Source of the DNA: Salpingoeca rosetta
Lineage: Eukaryota > Protista > Choanoflagellata
Direction of reading: 5' to 3'
Length of the DNA stretch: 12,287 nucleotides
Assembly: GCA_033442325.1 (NCBI GenBank)
Contig: JAWQFM010000009.1
Location: 850,438-862,724 of the forward strand
Position numbers and translations under genes: made by a program. The notes under the pieces are model-generated. The model did no database searches. It had not been told where the DNA came from and was given only the letters and a program-made list of their open reading frames with translations. Within the stretch, counting starts at the first letter, position 1. The number at the start of each line of letters is the position of its first letter. Positions 8,349-12,287 of this stretch are shown here, one piece after another.

Positions 8349-8500
8349 CTTGGGCGGACCGATGGGGCTGATTGAAAAGTGTTGTGCCTCAAGGGGGCAC
8401 GACGGTGCCTCTTCAAAGCGGTGCGCTGGCGACACAACGACGCCGCCCAAGCTTTCGCGGGTGCGGCACCTAATGCCCACGCTCGGCGAGCACGCGGCAC
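8349..8500 (-). CDS. RAVER-like protein exon: (G)AACSPSVGIRCRTRESLGGVVVSPAHRFEEAPSCPLEAQHFSISPIGPPK
   Basis: Branch-point-like TACTGAC (8539-8533), pyrimidine tract and acceptor gtctag|. Phase 1 in, phase 0 out. Donor |gtgtgt at 8348. Confidence 0.7.
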
Positions 8501-8594
8501 CTAGACAGAACACAGCAACGAGAAGGACAGGCGTCAGTACACAGTGCTCATGACACAAAACAAGGACGCGGCACAAAGAGGCAAGGAAAACGAA

Positions 8595-8748
8595 ACACAC
8601 ACATGCACACGCATGCACACATAAACACATGCACACACATGCACACACACATGCACACATATGCACACACACACATATGCACACACACACACACACACGA
8701 ACACATGCACACACACACATGCACATACACATGCACACACGCGCACAC
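8595..8748 (+). repeat. Degenerate (CA)n/CATG microsatellite, intronic
   Basis: Read directly. Confidence 0.9.
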
Positions 8749-10077
8749 CTTGGTTGGATGAAGTGGTCTGAAACAGCTGAGCCATCTTGCCTGGTGTGAG
8801 CAAGTTCATGTCAAGCACGGGAAAGAACTCATCTGTTCGTTGATTGTGGCGTTGCTGAGGTGTCCGCGCACGTGCACAGGCCCGCACCCGCTGAGAAACG
8901 GGGGTTGTCACCGACGCATCGGCAACAGACACCGTCGGGCAATACGCAGGTGCCTGTCGCCAGCTCTCCAGGTTCGGTTGCGCGGCGTTGCTTGCAGGCA
9001 AGTGTGCTGGAAACACGCCCAGCGCCTGAGAGACAGGTGGCAAGGTCGACACAGACCCGGTCGAGACAGGCTGGAAGGATCCAAGCGGGGCGCCCACCAT
9101 CGCGTGTTCCGATGAACCCGAAGTCTGCGCTGGTGTTGACACGCCCTGCTGGCCACTGCACGCCTGGCCTGCCGCCATCGACAACGCACCGTCGCTCACC
9201 AACGTCATGGGAGACGACGATGATGAAGCTGAAGACGACGACGATGCTGACGACGAAGAAGTTGGCTCCGCCGAGGACACCGCGTGAGCGATAGGGGCAA
9301 AGTGTGTTGCCGACGGCATGGATGGCCACGCGAACTCAGACGCTGATGGCAAATAGGAAGGGAAGGCAGCGCCAGGCAATACGGGCGACGGCAGTGACTC
9401 GGGCGAGGACGAGGACACCGACAGCGTCGACGGCGACACAGATGCTGCAGACGCCAACCGATGTCCATGCTGGGTGCGGTGCTGTTGCTGCTGCTGCCGC
9501 TGGTGGTGGTACTGGGGCATACTGCTCGGATAGAACTCGGGAACAGTATCGGCCGGCTGCTGGTGAACGCGGTGCGATGGCACGGGCATGGTGGATGCAA
9601 ACGAGGCCGTGGCCTCGCAGTGGCTGGCCTTGAATACCTGCTGCTGTGCAGGGAAAGAGGGGTGGGACTCGCGAGAGACGGGGACTGATGAAGGGTGGTA
9701 CAGCATCTGAGACTGCGGCTGCTGTGTGGACATCATGTTGGTTGAACAACCTGCTGAGCCAGGGAGGCCGTGAGGATGGGGTACGTGGTTCTGCTGCTGG
9801 CGTTGTTGATGCGGGTGGTAGTATGCCGGCTGCGAGTGCTGAGAGTGCTGGTGCTGTTGGTGTTGGTGAGGCAGCATGTGCATGGGGTGATGCGGCATGT
9901 TGCCCATGCCATGTGGCAGTCCGTTTCCTGACACCTGCAGCTGAGCCACCGGCCGGTTGCTTGCGGTTGGTGGAGGAGGCAAGGCTGCTCCTCGGGGAAA
10001 CTGGTGGGTCGGTGCGCTACGGCGTGCCACGGGTGGATATGCAAGCCTCTGCTTGCTCGGGTGCAGTTGACGCTCAG
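8749..10077 (-). CDS. RAVER-like protein, large low-complexity (P/Q/H/S) exon
   Basis: Acceptor gtatgcag|CT GAG (phase 1), 1329 nt open, donor |gtgtgc at 8748 followed by a degenerate GT repeat. Confidence 0.8.
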
Positions 10078-10120
10078 CTGCATACAAGCACAGATTACAC
10101 AACCACATCAGCCAGTGTGT

Positions 10121-10124
<4 letters not shown>

Positions 10125-10204
<80 letters not shown>

Positions 10205-10236
10205 GTGTGTGTGCGTGTGTGTGTGTGTGTGCGTGT
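10125..10236 (+). repeat. (GT)n microsatellite, intronic
   Basis: Read directly. Confidence 0.95.
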
Positions 10237-10242
10237 TTGTAC

Positions 10243-10289
10243 TTCGCATATCTGAAGCACGCCATTCGCATATCTGAAGCACACCATTC
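10243..10289. repeat. 22-bp tandem duplication ttcgcatatctgaagcac(g/a)cca x2 plus partial third unit, intronic
   Basis: 10243-10264 versus 10265-10286, one mismatch. Confidence 0.9.
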
Positions 10290-10314
10290 CAACCGAATTG
10301 CAACACCAACCCAC

Positions 10315-10369
10315 CTCTTGCTTTGGCCTTGGCCACCTCCTCCTTTCCATGCATGATGCTTGCACCCGT
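10315..10369 (-). CDS. RAVER-like protein exon: TGASIMHGKEEVAKAKAR
   Basis: Acceptor catcag|, donor |gtgggt. Phase 0 in, phase 1 out. Occupies the position of the post-RRM3 helix of RAVER (PGRSMLAALI in human RAVER1, from memory). Confidence 0.75.
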
Positions 10370-10578
10370 CTGATGACAGTAACGAGAGCACGCCACGAAC
10401 GGCACGTTGTGAGCGTTCAAAGAGGCAACACGCAACCTGCACGTGGACGGGCATGTCTGCCCACCACCCACGTCACACACACGCACAAAAGCGCGCGCGC
10501 ACACTCGCACACACGCACACTCGCACACACACACACCCCCCATCACACATGTACACATGTAGATGTGCGTTTGCCGAC

Positions 10579-10656
10579 CTTTTGAGGGTGTCCAAAGCTC
10601 ACACGAATGGTTGCACCCTCGACCACGGCTCCATTAAACAGCCGGCGTGCGCTCAA
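10579..10656 (-). CDS. RAVER-like protein exon, end of RRM3: [26 protein letters not shown]
   Basis: Acceptor caacag|, donor |gtcggc, phase 0/0. RRM beta4 IRVSF. Confidence 0.85.
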
Positions 10657-10810
10657 CTGTTGCCACATGCAATAGTGCCAAACGTCAGATCGCAAGGAAA
10701 ACGACGTGAGCACCTGGCGTACGCACCTTTGCAACATGCTCGACACGACAGCCCTTGTATGCATGTGTGCGTGGAGTGATAGCAAATGCAGTGAAGTTTT
10801 GCACACTCAC

Positions 10811-10913
10811 CGCGTCGTGGTACGATGCCATGTCCACGAATGCAAACCCTCGACAGACACCATTGGACATGACCAACTGGCAAAAGTCAACCTTGCCAGC
10901 AGACTCGAACATT
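10811..10913 (-). CDS. RAVER-like protein exon, RRM3 core: MFESAGKVDFCQLVMSNGVCRGFAFVDMASYHDA
   Basis: Acceptor ctgcag|, donor |gtgagt. Phase 2 in, phase 0 out. RNP1 RGFAFVDM and the FCQL motif shared with RAVER RRM3. Confidence 0.9.
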
Positions 10914-11074
10914 CTGCAGCGCGTATACATGGGCGTGCACGTGCGTGTATGTGTGCATGTGTGCATGCATATGTGAGCGCGTTTGCGTGGATTGCAGCGT
11001 GTGTGAGGAAGCAAGAGGAGCACACCAAAGCGTGCTGTGCAAGGAGCGTGATGGTTGTGATGTTCTTGACTCAC

Positions 11075-11154
11075 GCTCTGAGCTTGTTGACATTGGTTAG
11101 TGTCTTGGGAAGGCGGTCGATGAAAAGCGTGCGGGAGCGGAAATGAGAGATATC
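11075..11154 (-). CDS. RAVER-like protein exon, start of RRM3: [27 protein letters not shown]
   Basis: Acceptor tcacag|, donor |gtgagt. [10 protein letters not shown] parallels RAVER1 [10 protein letters not shown]. Confidence 0.9.
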
Positions 11155-11311
11155 CTGTGAGGGTTTGGTGTGTTGTGTGAGAGAATTGACGAGCAGGAGT
11201 GCTCTCCAAAGTTCCGAGAACCACACTTTAGCAACCATGAAAGCACAAGCAAACAAAACACAGAACCACACAAGCAAACAAAACACAAAACCACACAAGC
11301 AAGCAAACAAG

Positions 11312-11334
11312 CACACACACACACACACGCACAC

Positions 11335-11375
<41 letters not shown>
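11312..11375 (+). repeat. (CA)n microsatellite, intronic
   Basis: Read directly. Confidence 0.95.
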
Positions 11376-11376
<1 letters not shown>

Positions 11377-11387
11377 GAGGTACGTAC

Positions 11388-11608
11388 GTTGTCCACGGGC
11401 TTCATGAGATCAACGCGAATGGGCCGGTCATCAACAACTCGGGACGCCAAGTCGGCACGTGCTTTAACAGCTGTTGCCTTGTTGACAAACTCCAAGAAGC
11501 CATAGCCCTGGCCCTCGAGAGTTGCCTCGTCGACCATGACAAAGGCGCGGCAGATCTGACCAGACGGGCTACCAAGCTCAATCAGGCGTGCAGGTGTCAT
11601 GCGCTTTG
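11388..11608 (-). CDS. RAVER-like protein exon, RRM2: (S)[73 protein letters not shown]
   Basis: Acceptor gagcag|, donor |gtacgt. RNP1 [16 protein letters not shown] parallels RAVER1 AARAKSDL. Confidence 0.9.
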
Positions 11609-11910
11609 CTGCTCGCGTGGCGCGTGCCGTGTGGATTCAAGGCAGGTGTGTATAGACACATGAGTGAGCGTGTGAGCAATACGTCAGGGAAGCGTCCATG
11701 AGTATGTTTGAATGTGCGCGCGCGTGTGTGTGTGCGAACTTGTATGTGCTCGTGTGTAAGTGCTCGTGTGTACGTGCTCGTGTGTGTGTGTGTGCGTGTG
11801 TGTGTTTGTGTGTGTGCGTGCGCTTGTGACATGCGCTTGGAAGCACGTACCATACGGATTGCGCACAGTCGCAGTCGCATGCACATGCACAATATCAGGC
11901 AGTGACTCAC

Positions 11911-12060
11911 AGAGGTTGCCGAGGAAGAGGAGGCCGTCTGTGCGGGCAGGCGTGGTGGTGATGTGCCTGTCGTTGAACCAGGCACCCTCGATTCGACTGC
12001 GCATTGCGGCGACGTCACAACCGTGTGGAAACAGCACACGCACGGACGGGTCCTTGGTCT
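11911..12060 (-). CDS. RAVER-like protein exon, end of RRM1 and start of RRM2: [49 protein letters not shown]; gene start probably lies beyond the window
   Basis: Acceptor atacag|, donor |gtgagt, phase 1/1. [10 protein letters not shown] parallels RAVER1 [10 protein letters not shown]. Confidence 0.8.
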
Positions 12061-12212
12061 CTGTATGCCATGAAGTGTCGAGGAGTCACAGTGAGTACTG
12101 GAAGACAAGCGGTATGGGCGAGAAGCAAGTCGACAGCAACAGCAATTCCACCGCGCTGTTTACTCGTGTCTGTATGTATGTAAACCCGTCACCGCACCAG
12201 CAACCACTTCCA

Positions 12213-12214
12213 GT

Positions 12215-12270
<56 letters not shown>
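12213..12270 (+). repeat. (GT)n microsatellite, probably intronic in the RAVER-like gene
   Basis: Read directly. Confidence 0.9.
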
Positions 12271-12272
<2 letters not shown>

Positions 12273-12287
12273 CGTCCTCTCTCTCTC

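Noticed and set aside
8833-8887. Possible 55-nt intron (gtgcgg...gaacag) within the large RAVER-like exon
   Set aside because: Removing it would frameshift, and the unspliced frame is open.
8111-10289. 17-bp and 22-bp direct repeats as CRISPR-like or transposon ends
   Set aside because: Only two adjacent copies each, no spacers, no transposase or cas genes, and eukaryotic intronic context.
4391-12060. Functional immune cluster of TIR-ARM plus RAVER-like (mammalian RAVER1 has been linked to MDA5 signalling)
   Set aside because: Adjacency alone is not evidence of shared function in a eukaryote; it would need conserved synteny or co-expression.

Overview
Eukaryotic, intron-rich DNA with long (GT/CA)n microsatellites in introns and UTRs and a 617-nt N gap (1234-1850). 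The style is typical of a choanoflagellate such as Salpingoeca rosetta (inferred, not verified). I read four protein-coding units. (1) A partial + strand multi-exon coiled-coil gene (233-2994), tentatively CCDC122-like. (2) A 45-aa - strand microprotein ORF (3706-3569) absent from the ORF track, with strong codon bias and its own AATAAA. (3) A 757-aa - strand ORF (6664-4391) with an N-terminal degenerate TIR-like domain (Val at the apparent catalytic Glu position), a disordered linker and C-terminal armadillo repeats. (4) A 5'-truncated - strand gene with 9 visible exons (12060-7943) encoding a three-RRM RAVER1/2-like protein; all eight junctions are GT-AG and phase-consistent. Most other ORFs in the track are antisense shadows or microsatellite read-throughs. 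All homology calls are by eye from remembered family motifs; no database search was run.
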